Source: Octopus vulgaris (lineage: Eukaryota). Taken from it: 64,000 nt of DNA. The translations under genes and the position numbers were made by a program. Numbering within the stretch: the stretch's first letter is position 1; the number at the start of each line of letters is the position of its first letter. The stretch covers positions 132,990,001 to 133,054,000 of the forward strand of contig OX597817.1 of the NCBI GenBank assembly GCA_951406725.2, written 5' to 3'. Positions 14,100 to 27,625 of the stretch are shown here, piece after piece. The notes beneath the pieces were generated by a model, which made no database searches, was not told the origin of the DNA, and saw only the letters and a program-made list of their open reading frames with translations.

Positions 14100-14225
14100 A
14101 CAGAATGGACTGTAATGAATTGGTGTGTTTGGCTCAAGAACACAACGCACCGACCAATCCGGAATCGAAACCACAATCTTATGATTGGGAGTGGCACACC
14201 CTAATGACAAGGTCGCGTGCCTTCA
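14100..14225 (-). mobile_element. SINE-C-type tRNA head, diverged
   Basis: Plus strand gctcaagaacacaacgc...ggaatcgaaaccacaatcttatgatt...accctaa...gcgtgccttca. Confidence 0.65.
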
Positions 14226-14336
14226 TTAAGGATATTTGAGACGTTTTAATGATAGTTAAGTTCTTGCAAAATATATTTTGCATCAATAAACTTCACTTCA
14301 TTATGCTTAGACAATTATTTTACTAATTACTCATTT

Positions 14337-14655
14337 AATATTAGTTTCAAATTATTTCGCCGAGGTCGACTGTGCTTTTCATCCTTTCGGGGTCGATAAA
14401 TTAAGTACCAGTTGCGTACTGGGATCGATTTAAACGACTTCCCCCTCCCTCAAAATTTCGGGAATACTGCCTAAAGTAGAAAAGAATATTGGTTTCAAAT
14501 TTTGGCACAAGGCCTGCAATTCCGGGTGCGGGGATAATCCGATTACATCGACCCCAATGCGTAACTGGTACTTAATTTATCGACCCCGAAAGGATGAAAG
14601 GCAAAGTCGACCTCGGCGGATTTTGAACTCAGAACGTAGCGACGAGCGAAGTACA
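14337..14655. mobile_element. Two SINE-B copies tail-to-tail: a truncated plus-strand copy (14354-14490) inserted in the tail of a minus-strand copy
   Basis: Target-site duplication (TSD) aatatt(a/g)gtttcaaatt at 14337-14353 and 14485-14501. Confidence 0.85.
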
Positions 14656-15314
14656 ACTGCACATTTTATATGAAATTAGAATCAATTAAGTATTACTGAC
14701 GTGTAAAGTAATAAGTGTAAGTTTTCTCCTCATATTAGGATCCAGAGACCTCGACAAACACGCATATGTTATATTAACCTTTATCATATTAACGTTAGTA
14801 ACCAAAGAACAGGATTCAGTTCCGGGGATTTTAGCAATAAACAAAAGGAGGAAAATCTTTCACCTTGAGATGAAATATTATTTTATGATATGACACTTTC
14901 CTGGGAAAACTCTGCTTCCAAGTTGACACACCTTGCTGAACTGAGGCCTCGGCTGGATAAAGTGTCATGAATACAAGAACACAGAAACTCGATTAGAAGG
15001 AAATTGACCGAATAGTCGATGGTTTACCGGTCTAGTATTCTATATGTTCGCTGGTTTTGTATCTAACTTTAATCAACAGAACAGAAAATAGCAGACACTA
15101 TGACATCATTATTATGGGATGTTGTAGAGAATTCTCTCGCTGGGAAACTCCTGTTGAAATTATGCGTCACCTTCAGTGATTATTAAATCAAAGGCGACGC
15201 CCAGATTAAGACACTAAGACCCGCTAAAAGGCAACAACACGGAACCACTTCAAAAAGTTTATGTCACTAAAAATAAATCGAGGTGTTGAATGCACATTCT
15301 TTTTTAATAACCAA

Positions 15315-15440
15315 CTAGATGTGTCCGTCATCGTAACTTTATCATTCATTCGAAATTGTCTGTCAATTAAAATATTTATCTTTAGCGATTAAGATAATTT
15401 AAATCTTACAGGGACAACTTTCATTTACTTTATTAAAAGA
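15315..15440 (-). mobile_element. Short, internally deleted non-autonomous Helitron
   Basis: Minus strand a|TCTTTTAATAAAG...gatgacggacacatCTAG|t: TC...CTAG ends at an A|T site. Confidence 0.5.
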
Positions 15441-15930
15441 TTTGAGAATCAGTTAACTTACTCTTATCTCAAAAGTTAGGTTTACAGTTACAGTTAAACC
15501 TTAATGCAAATTTTTCTATACGTATAGCACAACGCAAGCCAGAATATTAGAACAGTATTGTATTAGAAACAGTATTGTACTGTGCATATATATACTTTTT
15601 ATTTTTATAATTTGTATATATTTATTCTATTATAAACGGAAAACAACACCACGGAGGAATCAACGTAAGCTTAAATAATAAAACGTGATAGATGAACCGC
15701 GATATAGCGAGAGATTACAGTATATGTATATAATTAGGTTTTAATGAGCGTAAAATGTAATCTTCAATCAACACCTGTATATAGATTTACAGGTATTATC
15801 TATGTACGTCTTATAAATCGCGGTCTCTCAGCTGTTAAAGGATAAACCTGAAGAGGTATTAGCAGAAATTATTGCTTGGAATATTCAATGACCGAATCCC
15901 AAAACCCAGTTGCCGGTGTTGTTTCAGTAA

Positions 15931-16000
<70 letters not shown>

Positions 16001-16604
16001 GTAAAGAACATGCAATGCCGCGTACGATTACAAACAGCCATTGAAGCTCTTCTACGTCCCCACCCGCTTACACTTACGAAGGAAAAGCGATAAAGAAGGG
16101 AGGAGATTAGAGATTAAGAGAGAGGAGAGATAGGGAGTAGGATAGCAAGGAAAACTCTAAAATTGCTGGATTCCTACTGATGCTGGAAAGCACAACTAAA
16201 GTTTCTCAGACGCTAGAAAATAATAGATTTGTGGTGAATATATTTATGTATATTTGTGTAAAAAAAACAAAAAAACGGAAAAAAGAGTTTGTATTTTATG
16301 AATGAAGAAGTTTGGAAGTACATTTTCAGTAACAGCGGGAAAAGTTTCAAATTACAACGTCAGCCGTCAACAACAGACACCTGAATCTGTCACCAAGTGG
16401 CTTTAGTCATATTTATTTACGTATTTATTTATATATTTATATATGTATTTATTTATTTATTTACGTATTTATTTATTTATTTATTTATTCATGCGTTCTC
16501 ATCATCTTTACGCTGTCATCTTTGTTCGCGAACAACAAAGGAAATTGTATTGCCTCCTCCTCCTCCTCATCTGTTTCTTCCTTCTCATCCTTTTCATACC
16601 CCTC

Positions 16605-16818
16605 ATCGTCTTCTTCTTCTTCTTCTTCTTCTTCTTCGTCTTCTTCTTCTTCTTCTTCTTCTTCTTCTTCTTCTTCTTCTTCTTCTTCCGCCTCTTCTTC
16701 TTCTTCCTCTTCTTTTTCTTCCTCTTCTTCTTCCGCCTCTTCTTCTTCTTCTTCTTCTTCTTCTTCTTCTTCTTCTTCTTCTTCTTCTTCTTCTTCTTCT
16801 TCTTCTTCTTCTTCTTCA
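16605..16818. repeat. (CTT)n microsatellite
   Basis: Directly visible. Similar tracts at 20810-21350 and 38870-38953. Confidence 0.97.
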
Positions 16819-17580
16819 ACGAACGTTACTGTCAATTGAAATGAGTCAACCAGGTGATAGGTATTTCTTTTATAGAAACAAGGTGGTATTAAAGTCACAG
16901 TTCCCCCCCCCACATACACACACCAATCCCTATATAAAAAGCATTATCCACCCAAGGTGTTGTTGTGAGAGGCAGACTACAGTTTGGCAACTATGGAAGA
17001 TAGAACCCACTCTAAAAGACATGACAGACACATTCCTCTCCAAATTACACACACACACACACACATGTGAATGAGTCTGCATGCAAATGTGAATATATGC
17101 GTATGTGTGTGTGTGGGGGGGGGTACATTTTGGCGCTGATTTATTCGCGTGCCTTAAACTTGTACCAATGTATAATTACATTCATGACGCCACACGACAA
17201 GACATTCTTACACCACAGCAGAATGGCAGAGACTTCAAAATTTATTACTTTGTAGTAATAAAAAAGTTTGATAAACATTTTACTGTAATATAAATCTGTG
17301 ACAAACACTTCAAGCAAAAGTTTGATAAACAATTTACAGTACATTTAGCAAACAGGGCCTCATTTCAGTGAGTGGGGCTAGTGCGCAACGATGCCGTCGA
17401 GAAGTAGGCCCCAAAACGGCGCACATCTTCCCTGAGGACCCTGTAAAGAAGTTTCTATAAAATTAATTATATAGACATCGAATGTCTTTTGGAGTCCACA
17501 AGAATAAAATAATAATCAAAGGGGTCCATAGATAAAAAAAAAATAGTAATAAAAGGAGTCCCTAGATTAAAAGATTATCC

Positions 17581-17990
17581 AGGAGTGGCTGTGTGGTAAG
17601 TAGCTTGCTTACCAACCATATGATCCTGGGTTCAGTCCCACTGCGTGGCACCTTGGGCAAATGTCTTCTACTATAATCTCGGGTCGACCAAAGCCTTGTG
17701 AGTAGATTTGGTAGACGGAAACTGTGTGTGTGTGTGTGTATGTTTGTGTGTGTGTATATGTTTGTGTGTGTGTATATATTTGTGTGTCTGTGTCCCCCCC
17801 CCCAACATCACTTTACAACCAGTGCTGGTGTGTTTACGTCCTCGTAACTTAACGGTTCGGCAAAATAAACCGATAGAATAAGTACTAGGCTTACAAAGAA
17901 TAAGCTCTGGAGTCGATTTGCTTGACTAAAGGCCGTGCTCCAGCATGGCTGCAGTCAAAAGACTGAAAACAAGTAAAAGAATAAACGAGA
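17581..17990 (+). mobile_element. SINE-A inserted in a degenerate hAT-like MITE (about 17435-18001)
   Basis: Full SINE-A. The flanks contain ggggtccatag...aagaacccctg, related to 34680-34790. Confidence 0.85.
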
Positions 17991-19024
17991 AAGAACCCCT
18001 GCATAACAGTAATTTCAGAATCTGACAAACATTTTACGGTAATAAAAGAGTTTTATAAACTCTTTAAAGAATTCTAGTTCAAAAATTCTTTACAGCATTT
18101 TAAGTGTTTGATAACCACGACGTAACCATCAAAACTTCCATATTACTTGACACTTGGAGCCTTGCATACCGACTCCCTAATCACTATGTGGGGTGCGATT
18201 GGGGTGAGGGCATGCGATCACCTTCTCCATTCATGCACGCATTGTGTGTGTGTGTGTGTGTATGTGTGTGTGCGTGTGTGTGTGTGTGTGCGTGTGTGTG
18301 TGTGTGTGTGTGTGACGCATGATCACGTGTTCAACCGGGCATAGCAGTGCATTAGTTATGTTTCTTTCTGTATTTAATTCAATAAATTGCATTTCTTGTT
18401 CTAATCAATGTTGGTGTGTCATCGATGCCTCTCTCTCTCTCTGTGACTCTGTCTTTCTCAATCTCTCGCTCCCTCCCTCCCTCCACTTCTCTCTCTCTCT
18501 CTCTATCTCTCATTCTTTCTCTATTAAACCTGTGTAGGAATGTGCCAATCACTGTGTGTGTGTGTGTGTGGAGGTATGCTTAAACTTGTGCACCTCAACA
18601 TTCACAAATACAGATATATGCACACATCTACCAATATATATATATATACATATTTATATATACATATATGCACACATACACATATATATGTATATATATA
18701 TACACACACATATATATTACATATATACATACATAGACATATATGTATAAGTATATGTATATATACATATATATCATGTGTATAAATAAATATATATATA
18801 TATCATGTATATAAATAAATAAATAAATAAATAAATATACGCACATGCATTCACACACGCACGCACATACGATCATCATATTTTCATATATCCACGCACA
18901 ACGAGTCAATAAGTGATATATGCTTGATTTTATATTTATTAAGTGCGGTTGTACAAATGTGTGTCTGTGTGTGTGTGAGAGAGAGAGAGTATGTTTGTTC
19001 GCATGCATATATATATATATATAT

Positions 19025-19288
19025 CACGTGACACGTGATCACGTGACCGACCAGACCATCAGATGTTGTTACACATCGCTGGTCACAATGCGTTCGCAGG
19101 CCAACAGAAGAAAGAGTGAGAGAAAGTTGTGGTGAAAGAGTACAGCAGGGATCACCACCCCCGCCGGAGCCTCGTGGAGCTTTTAGGTGTTTTCGCTCAA
19201 TAAACACTCACAACGCCCTGCCTGAGAATCGAAACCGCGATCCTACGACCGCGTGTCCGCTTCCCTAACCACTGGGCCATTGCACCTC
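19025..19288 (-). mobile_element. SINE-C with alternative tail type 2 ending in (TCACGTG)n
   Basis: Same head and body as 5925-6296, but the 3' part is ...gcattgtgaccagcgatgtgtaacaacatctgatggtctggtcggtcacgtgatcacgtg. Confidence 0.85.
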
Positions 19289-19291
19289 CAC

Positions 19292-19363
<72 letters not shown>

Positions 19364-19797
19364 CCTCTTTGTCCATATAATAATTGTGCATGTTTGCATC
19401 TGTGCAGCTGTGCATCTGTGTGCAATGAAATCACAGCCTGTTTTGACTCATTAATTTCTCAGACTGCGTATCAACTTCAAACTTCAGAATACGGAATCTT
19501 TGAGTGCGTCCATTCTCGGCATGATTCCACACACTTACCATTACTCTAATACAACCGCTACTACTGCCGCTGCTGCTGCTGCTGTTGGCGTCCATCATTG
19601 AATTCAGTCAAAGTTCCATTGGGTGTTTAATGTGCATCAAGTGTCATCAGCGAAGACGGTGCAACGAACAAATACACTTAGTGAAACCGATAAAGTGTAT
19701 GCAGCGAATATATGAGGACGCATGCAAGTGCACACACATCGGAAGGTGTGCAGTTAATACATTGCATTTACAGACCTGCATTGTATACACATATATT

Positions 19798-19833
<36 letters not shown>

Positions 19834-20006
19834 ATATGTGTGTGTCGTTGCCCCACCATGGCCACAGCTCGTAAGCTGAAACTAGTTCAATTCAATTCAT
19901 ACACACATATATACATATATATATATAAAAATACACACGCATATATACACACATGCATATATAAAGAAACATCTACATATATACACGTACGTTTGTATAC
20001 ATACAT

Positions 20007-20038
<32 letters not shown>

Positions 20039-20243
20039 GCATATCCACGCACAGATATAAATAAATAAATAACTACACACATACACACACACATACATAC
20101 ATGCACGCATGCATATCCATACATAGGCTGGCTGCTAAATATACGGCACCACACAAATCTTAAATTCTAAGTCTATCATCTGTTTGTCCAGCCGCTTTGA
20201 TAAATGATCGACGGTCGTGGCTCAGTGAAGGTGAGCGTCCGAG

Positions 20244-20295
<52 letters not shown>

Positions 20296-20314
20296 CATGT
20301 GTGTGTGCATGTGT

Positions 20315-20391
<77 letters not shown>

Positions 20392-21554
20392 TGCGTGCAG
20401 TTTCGGTGTGTATGGTTGTGCACCCATGTGAGTAATTTCCAGAGACAGAATAGAGAGAAATGAAGAGCCCGTTGCGTCTGATTGAAGGCTAGACTCAAAG
20501 AAAGAAAGAAAGAAGGAAAGAAAGAAAGAAAGAAAGAAAGAAGGAAAGAAAGAAAGAGAAAGAGAAAGAAAGTAAGAAAGAAAGAAAGAAAGGAATAGTA
20601 ATGCAGTGTTATAATAAGAAAGGAGACGTTAAAGAGAATAGAATGAAACTGAGAGAGAAGAGAGACACACAGACACACAGACAGACTGACTACTATAAAC
20701 TCTGTTGTTATTTCAGCTTTAATTGAAATAATTGTTTCTGAGATTTCCGACATTCTGCCTCTTCTCCTTCCTCTTCTCCTTCTTTTCCATCCTCTTCTCT
20801 TCCTCATCTGCTTCTTCTTCTTCTTCTTCTTTTTTTTCTTCTTCTTCTTCTTCGTCTTCCTTTTCTTCTTCTTCTTCTTCTTCTTCTTCTTCTTCTTCTT
20901 CTTCTTCTTCTTCTTCTTCTTCTTCTTTTTCCTCTTCTTCTTCTTCTTCTTCTTCTTCTTCTTCTTCTTCTTCTTCTTCTTCTTCTTCTTCTTCTTCTTC
21001 TTCTTCTTCTTCTTCTTCTTCTTCTTCTTCTTCCTTCTTCTTCTTCTCTTTCTTCTTCTTCTTCTTCTTCTTCTTCTTCTTCTTCTTCTTCTTTTTCTTC
21101 TTCTTCTTCTTCCTCTTCTTAGTCTTCCTTTCCTTCTTTTTCTTCTTCTTTTTCCTCTTCTTCTTCTTCTTCTTTTCCCCCTCTTCCTTCTCCTTCTTCT
21201 TTTTCCCTCTTCCTTCTCCTTCTTCTTCTTCTTCTTCTTCTCCTCTTCTTTTTATTCTTCTTCTACTTCTTCTTCTCCTTCTTCCTTCTTCCTTCTTCTT
21301 CTCCTCCTCTTCTTCTTCTTCTTCCCGTCCTCCTCCTCCTCCTCCTCCTCTTCCAGTTTTCCCAGATGTAAAGTCAACCTTACAAAACAACCCCACCCCT
21401 CATAGACCTTCTACAAATCTGATGTTGTGGCGTTCATGCTATTAGAGTTTTGTGAACAAAACCGGGCGGAAGGAACCTGAATGGGAGCCCGCCAAATGGA
21501 CTACCCCTTCCTTTTTTCTTTTCTTTTTTCTTTCTTTTTTTTTTTGCTTCATTG

Positions 21555-21800
21555 CCTACATTGCAGCCACCACTGGGGCACCGCCTTGAAGAATTTTTTA
21601 GTCGAATAAATCGATCCTAGTATATATTTTTTGTGTTTAGATCTGCCACTTATTGTATCGGACTCTTTGCCGAACCGCTAGGTCATGGGGTCGTAATCGC
21701 ACCAATACACGTCGAATTTACTTTTCATTGTTTCGAGATAGTTAAAGTAAGCAGCAGCTGAGCATTGGGGGTGGATGTAATCGACTTCAACCTTAATCTC
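21555..21800. mobile_element. SINE-A tail (minus strand, 21555-21708) abutting a degenerate SINE-B (plus strand)
   Basis: ctggggcaccgccttgaag...tttgccgaaccgctag, then gtcgaatttacttttcat...gatgtaatcgact. Confidence 0.65.
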
Positions 21801-23167
21801 ATTGCTAAAAGATTTTGTTGGAAGTGGAAATTACTTATATTGTATAATGCGTGTAGAATGGTTGGTTGTAACAACACTTTGATCGAACAAGTATGCTTTA
21901 GGAACTGCGATTTAATTTCTGAAAGAAAGAAAAGTTAGCTGCCATGTGGATTTTATGTTTACGACTGAAAATCAGGTTACTTTTGTCAATTAGTTAAAGA
22001 TAAACACAAAACCATGTGGCCGCCCGCTTTTGCGTCTTGCAGGGGAAGCGTCAAACGAAATTGCGCTCCCGAAAGCGTACTCGCGGGTGTATGGTTTGCT
22101 TATATCGCCCTGCAAACATACTCTCATATATATAAAAAAAAGTACATATTTACATAGTTACTTCTATGAATACTTCTAAAATATACACATGACTCCACTC
22201 TTTAGTTGTCCGAGCCTCGGACAAACCTATCGGCTCAATCCTTCCCAAACATTCCTTATAGGCCCTACTCAAAACATTGAATCTGTATCTCTCTTTGACC
22301 ACAAATCAAGCTTTAATTTCCTCAAGCACCAATTTCCAAAAAAAAAAAAACAATCAAAAACACATAAATAAAATCAATAGAAAACATACTGTTGAATTTC
22401 TCAATGCATGCACGCATGCGCCGAGCAGCGTGTTTCTCGTTTGTGAATATCTAACGCCACGTATTAGTAAAATCAATCAAAACCCTCCTAAACACTCAAC
22501 AGTGTCCACAATATTTGTTAGAGATATATGAGTCATTTCTTACGTTTGATGGTATATAGGACGAATCATACCCCACTTATACCCCAGTCACTACGAAAAT
22601 GTCTCGAGAAATCATCCCGTGTCCTGTAAGCGAAATTGTTTTAATGCACTAAAGCACCTTCTTGAATATGTGCTGCTAAAATTGGGTTGCATCCAATATA
22701 TCTATACCTCTTTTGTGTCTTCAAATACGGTAGCCGTGAAATTTAGCTTCAAATGTTCATTATCATCATCGCATTTATAACCATTATCTTCATCATCATC
22801 AGTATCATTAGTGTTACGTAATTTAGTAAATGTAATATTCTCCTCCATTCTCAAAGATATTAGTTTCGTAAATGAAGCGAAAAAGATTAAAACGGAAGAC
22901 CAAACCTGTTCTGCAATGGTCTTTTTCTTTCATCTTATTCCGACACATTAAGTCATATAATAAACTACATGTCTAGTTTAAATAGTTTTTATTCAAATAT
23001 AACTTTTTAATCGATCAACACCAGTTCATTATGCTTACATTGTGTTTCCTTTTTTGTTTCGCTACATCAGTCCATCTGCCCACATGTCTGCCTCACTAAC
23101 TAAAACACACACACTCTTTCCCTTTCTATCTATCTATACATACTTACATATATATATATATGTATAG

Positions 23168-23365
23168 TAAATAAAAAGAAAACAAAGAACAAACACAAAA
23201 AAGCAACAACGCGAGGACGTGATACATGTAAAGTATAAGTATTAACGGACGCTCAGGGAAGGAAAGAAAAGTGGTTTTACGTTTCGATCAAAGCTCCTCT
23301 TCAGAAACAGAGGAAAGTCCAATAGAAAAGGAAGACGGAGGCAAAAAAATCGCCATCGATTCACA
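23168..23365 (-). mobile_element. Family H4 copy with hammerhead at 23274-23308
   Basis: Minus strand gttt-CTGAAGA-G-GAGC-ttt-GATC-GAAA-CG-TA-aaac: 4-bp stem I, GUA triplet, one stem II mismatch. Confidence 0.7.
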
Positions 23366-23379
23366 TGTCACACACACTC

Positions 23380-23442
<63 letters not shown>

Positions 23443-24125
23443 AGGACTCTCTGAGAAGTGTTCAGATTGAAGAAACTATTTTGCACGCATTCGTTCCGTT
23501 CTGAACATTTACTGACCTCTAGAGTTACATCAAACCGTTGTGGGTTCATGTGGACGGCTCCAGCTATCAACCGCACCCTTGGCGAATATCACCCCCCAAA
23601 ACATTTCTCTTTTTTTTTTCTTGAGTAAGGGCAGGCATTCGTTTTGCTCTTGTTTATTTTTTTTCCTTTTAGTCTGTTCGCTCCAGGGAAATAGATAGTG
23701 TGGTTGAGATGACTAAAAAGAACAGGCATGGGATACTTTTATCTTCATCCAAGCCCTCGTGACTGCAAAGGAAGCTATTGATGGAAAGCGATATGTTACC
23801 CCGTAGTAAATCTCTTGAGAAATGACCGAGGGGGGACAAGAATGGCTCGTCGGGATGTCTTAATGTATGGCCCTGTAGACCAGAGAGTGATAGTTACTGA
23901 GGCAAACTTCTCCATTTGATAATCTGATTAATCCTGAATCTGGGGGATTCTTTGATCGGCCTTAGGGAGCTGGCGGCCCTATTAGAGAAGATTTCCCTGC
24001 TATTTATATTATTTTTTTTATTTGTTGTTCTTCTTCCGTGCTTCTCATTCGATCTTTCTATACACAATGCAGTAACCTGTTCCTTCTGCTGTCCCCAACG
24101 TTTCCAGCCCTTGCGAATAATATTT

Positions 24126-24378
<253 letters not shown>

Positions 24379-24620
24379 GTTGGTGTATGATATTTTGTTC
24401 TTTCCCATGAGAACGCAGTGAGACCTCATGTTTGCTTGATAAATTATCTGTCAAAAAGGCTTGTGTATGTGTATATATATGTGTGTATTTATGTGTGTAT
24501 ATTTATGTATGTCTTTTATGTTTGTCTACATGAACGTATCTCTCCTTCTTTCTCATTCTGTCTCCCTCAGTTTGTTTGTGCCTCTTTATGCTAATAACTA
24601 TCTGTCTTTGCGTGTGTGTT

Positions 24621-24683
<63 letters not shown>

Positions 24684-25384
24684 CACACACACATATATAC
24701 GCATACATAGACATGTATACATGCAAACATATAAATACATGCATGCATACATGCATACACACACACATATGTATGTACGTACGTATGTAAGTATGTAAAA
24801 AGTTCCTTTTATGTCTCTGCTTTCCCTCATAAACCGTAAGTTTACATTAGTTATGCCCCTTTGTAATTGCTCTTCAATATATTTTTGTATCCTTACTCTA
24901 TGTCTACAATGACAAACTTCGCTGAAGAAGGTTTAATTCAACTTTGTTTTCCTTTCCTTAAGCATCGTATCCAATAATCTAAATTTACCTTCTACTTTAA
25001 TGATCCCCATCACAAACTATAGCGCACACGGCGAACTAAGCTCAAATCATGTCATTAGGTGTCTAAACTCTCCTTCTTTGTTCTATGACAGCAATTAAAA
25101 TCATTAAGCTATGCAGAGCGATCCCATGACATTTTGCCCCCCCACACACACACACAACAACCACCACCACCATCAGATCTTATTCCAGTTGTTCAACAGA
25201 AGGTTTCCCCAATTTAACAAAATCTTTATGACTTTTTGGTTTACTCTAATTCCCTATAAACCCATATGAAATCATAAATTTACAAAGACAAACTTCTTTA
25301 CCTGAACTAAACTCTGAAAGCTATGAATTTATTTACGCATCTTACAACCCGGCGCATTCTAATTCTTTATTAGTGCAAATGTGT

Positions 25385-25695
25385 TAACTGGCACTCCGTC
25401 GGTTTTGACGATGAGTATTTCAGTTGATCCGATCAACGGAACAGCCTGCACGTGAAATTAACGTGCAAGTGACTGAGCACCCACAGACACGCCTACCCTC
25501 GATGTAGTTCCCAGAGAGATTCGGCGCGACACAATATGTGACATGGCTGACCCCTTTCAATTGCAGGTGCCACCCATTTTTGCCAGTCGACATAAAATAA
25601 AGGATCTTGCTCAAAGACACAACGTGCCGCCGGGAATCGAACTCACGATCCACAATCGTAAGCCGAATACCATAACCAAGTCACTGGCGTTCACT
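25385..25695 (-). mobile_element. SINE-C, tail type 1
   Basis: aactggcactccgtcggtt...cagttgatccgatcaacggaacagcctg...gggaatcgaactcacgatc. Confidence 0.85.
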
Positions 25696-25873
25696 CAACC
25701 GAGGTAAACAATATCATGCGTGCACATAATTGTAGATGTACTTTTATACCAAACACTTTCTTTGTTTCAGTTGTATTGCGTCTAATTTCTAAATTTTATG
25801 TCAACAGTTGAGCTAATTATTTTCTGAATTTGTGTAATCATGGAATTTAACGGTCTTAGTTTCAAAATTTATG

Positions 25874-26010
25874 CCATTTCTTTACTCCAAAATTTACTTC
25901 AATTCTTCAGTGCAAAATTTACTCCAGTTCTTAACTCCAAAATTTACTTCAAAATTTTCTCCAATTTGTTTGACCCCATTTCTTTACTCCAAATTTTGCT
26001 CCAGTTCTTT
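25874..26010. repeat. Degenerate minisatellite with a 25-bp unit
   Basis: Units ttctttactccaaaatttacttcaa / ttcttcagtgcaaaatttactccag / ttcttaactccaaaatttacttcaa. Confidence 0.8.
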
Positions 26011-26359
26011 GAGTTCCCTTCTATGCGACGAGTAACGAACAGTCTTCTCTATTCATGAGAGTGGACATTGGCTTGTTGAGTTTACCAATCACGCATTAAA
26101 CGCAAAGAGAGAGAGAGAGGGGAGAGAGAAAAAGACAGATGATCTATGGTGAGTTAAGGAAACAAGAACAGGATGAGTGCATAAGACACGTAGAGTGAGA
26201 GTGAAAGAGGAAGGGGAAGAGAAGGAGAGAAGGTAAATGACAGAGAAAATAAATGGGAGGAGGAGTACAAATGGGTGATTTGTTTTATTTTATTTTAAAG
26301 TTGAAAAGTATTTTTCCTATGAAAATTAATATACAGATCATCATTGAAGGTAAGCAGCC

Positions 26360-26478
26360 AGAAATTTGGTAAAAGTGAAATTATAATCCTTGTATGCCGG
26401 TCATATTTCTTTCATATTAGCCATGGCGAAAAAGGGGTTATTCCGAAGTTACCCATCGTGAGACGGGCAACACTCTAG
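26360..26478 (+). mobile_element. Helitron 3' end
   Basis: Hairpin cccatc-gtga-gacggg, then CTAG|t at 26475-26478. The 5' boundary is uncertain. Confidence 0.5.
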
Positions 26479-26487
26479 TAAATAATA

Positions 26488-26738
26488 TCACGTGATAGTA
26501 ATCGACCAGACTTTGCATCTTTGTGACTTTCGAATGATGCCTCTCCTCTGGCTGGCAAGGCGAACGTTCTGTTTGATAGGAAGACTATTCCATCGCAGGG
26601 GTTACCCGTTGACAACTGAATGGACAGGAGCAATGTGAAACGAAGCGGTTTGCACGAAAACACAACGCTCCGCACGATCCAAGAATCAACCCCACAACCT
26701 TAGGATCGCGGGGCAACATCCCAACCACGAGCCTTCAC
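26488..26738 (-). mobile_element. Diverged SINE-C-type element with type-2 tail
   Basis: tcacgtga...cgaccagac...ctttcgaatgatgcc...acacaacgc...gaatcaa. Related tail fragment at 37800-37910. Confidence 0.6.
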
Positions 26739-27161
26739 ATTATATAATATGTTTAATTGAAAAGCAAAAGAGAACCTTTATATTTGACATGAAGTAGAGA
26801 TCGAAAGCATTTTTTCTCGATTTGTTTCACGGTTTCACCCAAATTATTTTGGAATTATTTTTCCCTAGGAAGAATCTGTGTAGTGCTCAGTTTTAAGTCT
26901 CTTGATTAAAACCGCTAGAAATTGTAGTAAATTAAGGGACGTTTGTGAGTGTGATAAGAGAAAGAAAAATGGCTGACGTTTCGGAGAATGCGAGTTCATA
27001 TTCAGTTTGAGCAAAGAGTTTAGAGATTTATAGTTTTTTTTTTTCGATGTAGTACCATCTGAAAGCATACACATGTAATAGTGGTTAATAGAAGAGCATA
27101 GCCTATCTGCATGCATAGCAGTCGATCATTACCATATGTATACACACACGCATAAATGTAT

Positions 27162-27216
<55 letters not shown>

Positions 27217-27557
27217 CATGCATGCATTAAGTATACATGTATGTATGTATTCATATATGTATGTATGTATCTGTAAGGGTGAATGAATCAATTTGTAAGG
27301 TTTAGCATCAAAACCAAATTGAACACCAAAACGCTGTTTGAATGTTATGAACATTTGTATATGTCTTTGTATGTGTCTGTGTGAGTACGTGAGTGTGTGG
27401 GTGCGTGCTTTGTGCAAAATACATTAGCACCAACTTGTTTTATTTATGTTTTACAAATATGTTCCAATATAACTGAAGCCCTCTACCATATTCTTCAAAG
27501 ATCCACAGTAAAAAACAAAATCCATCGCTGATAACTTGTTATACAATTGTTGTTGTG

Positions 27558-27625
<68 letters not shown>

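Noticed and set aside
25874-26010. CRISPR-like periodicity (also 3349-3408)
   Set aside because: Units are contiguous and degenerate with no unique spacers, no cas genes are present, and the context is eukaryotic.
26970-27005. GAAA-CG-TC half-hammerhead on the minus strand; CCGACGAAGG at about 48236
   Set aside because: Only one of the two core boxes is present and no stems can be drawn.
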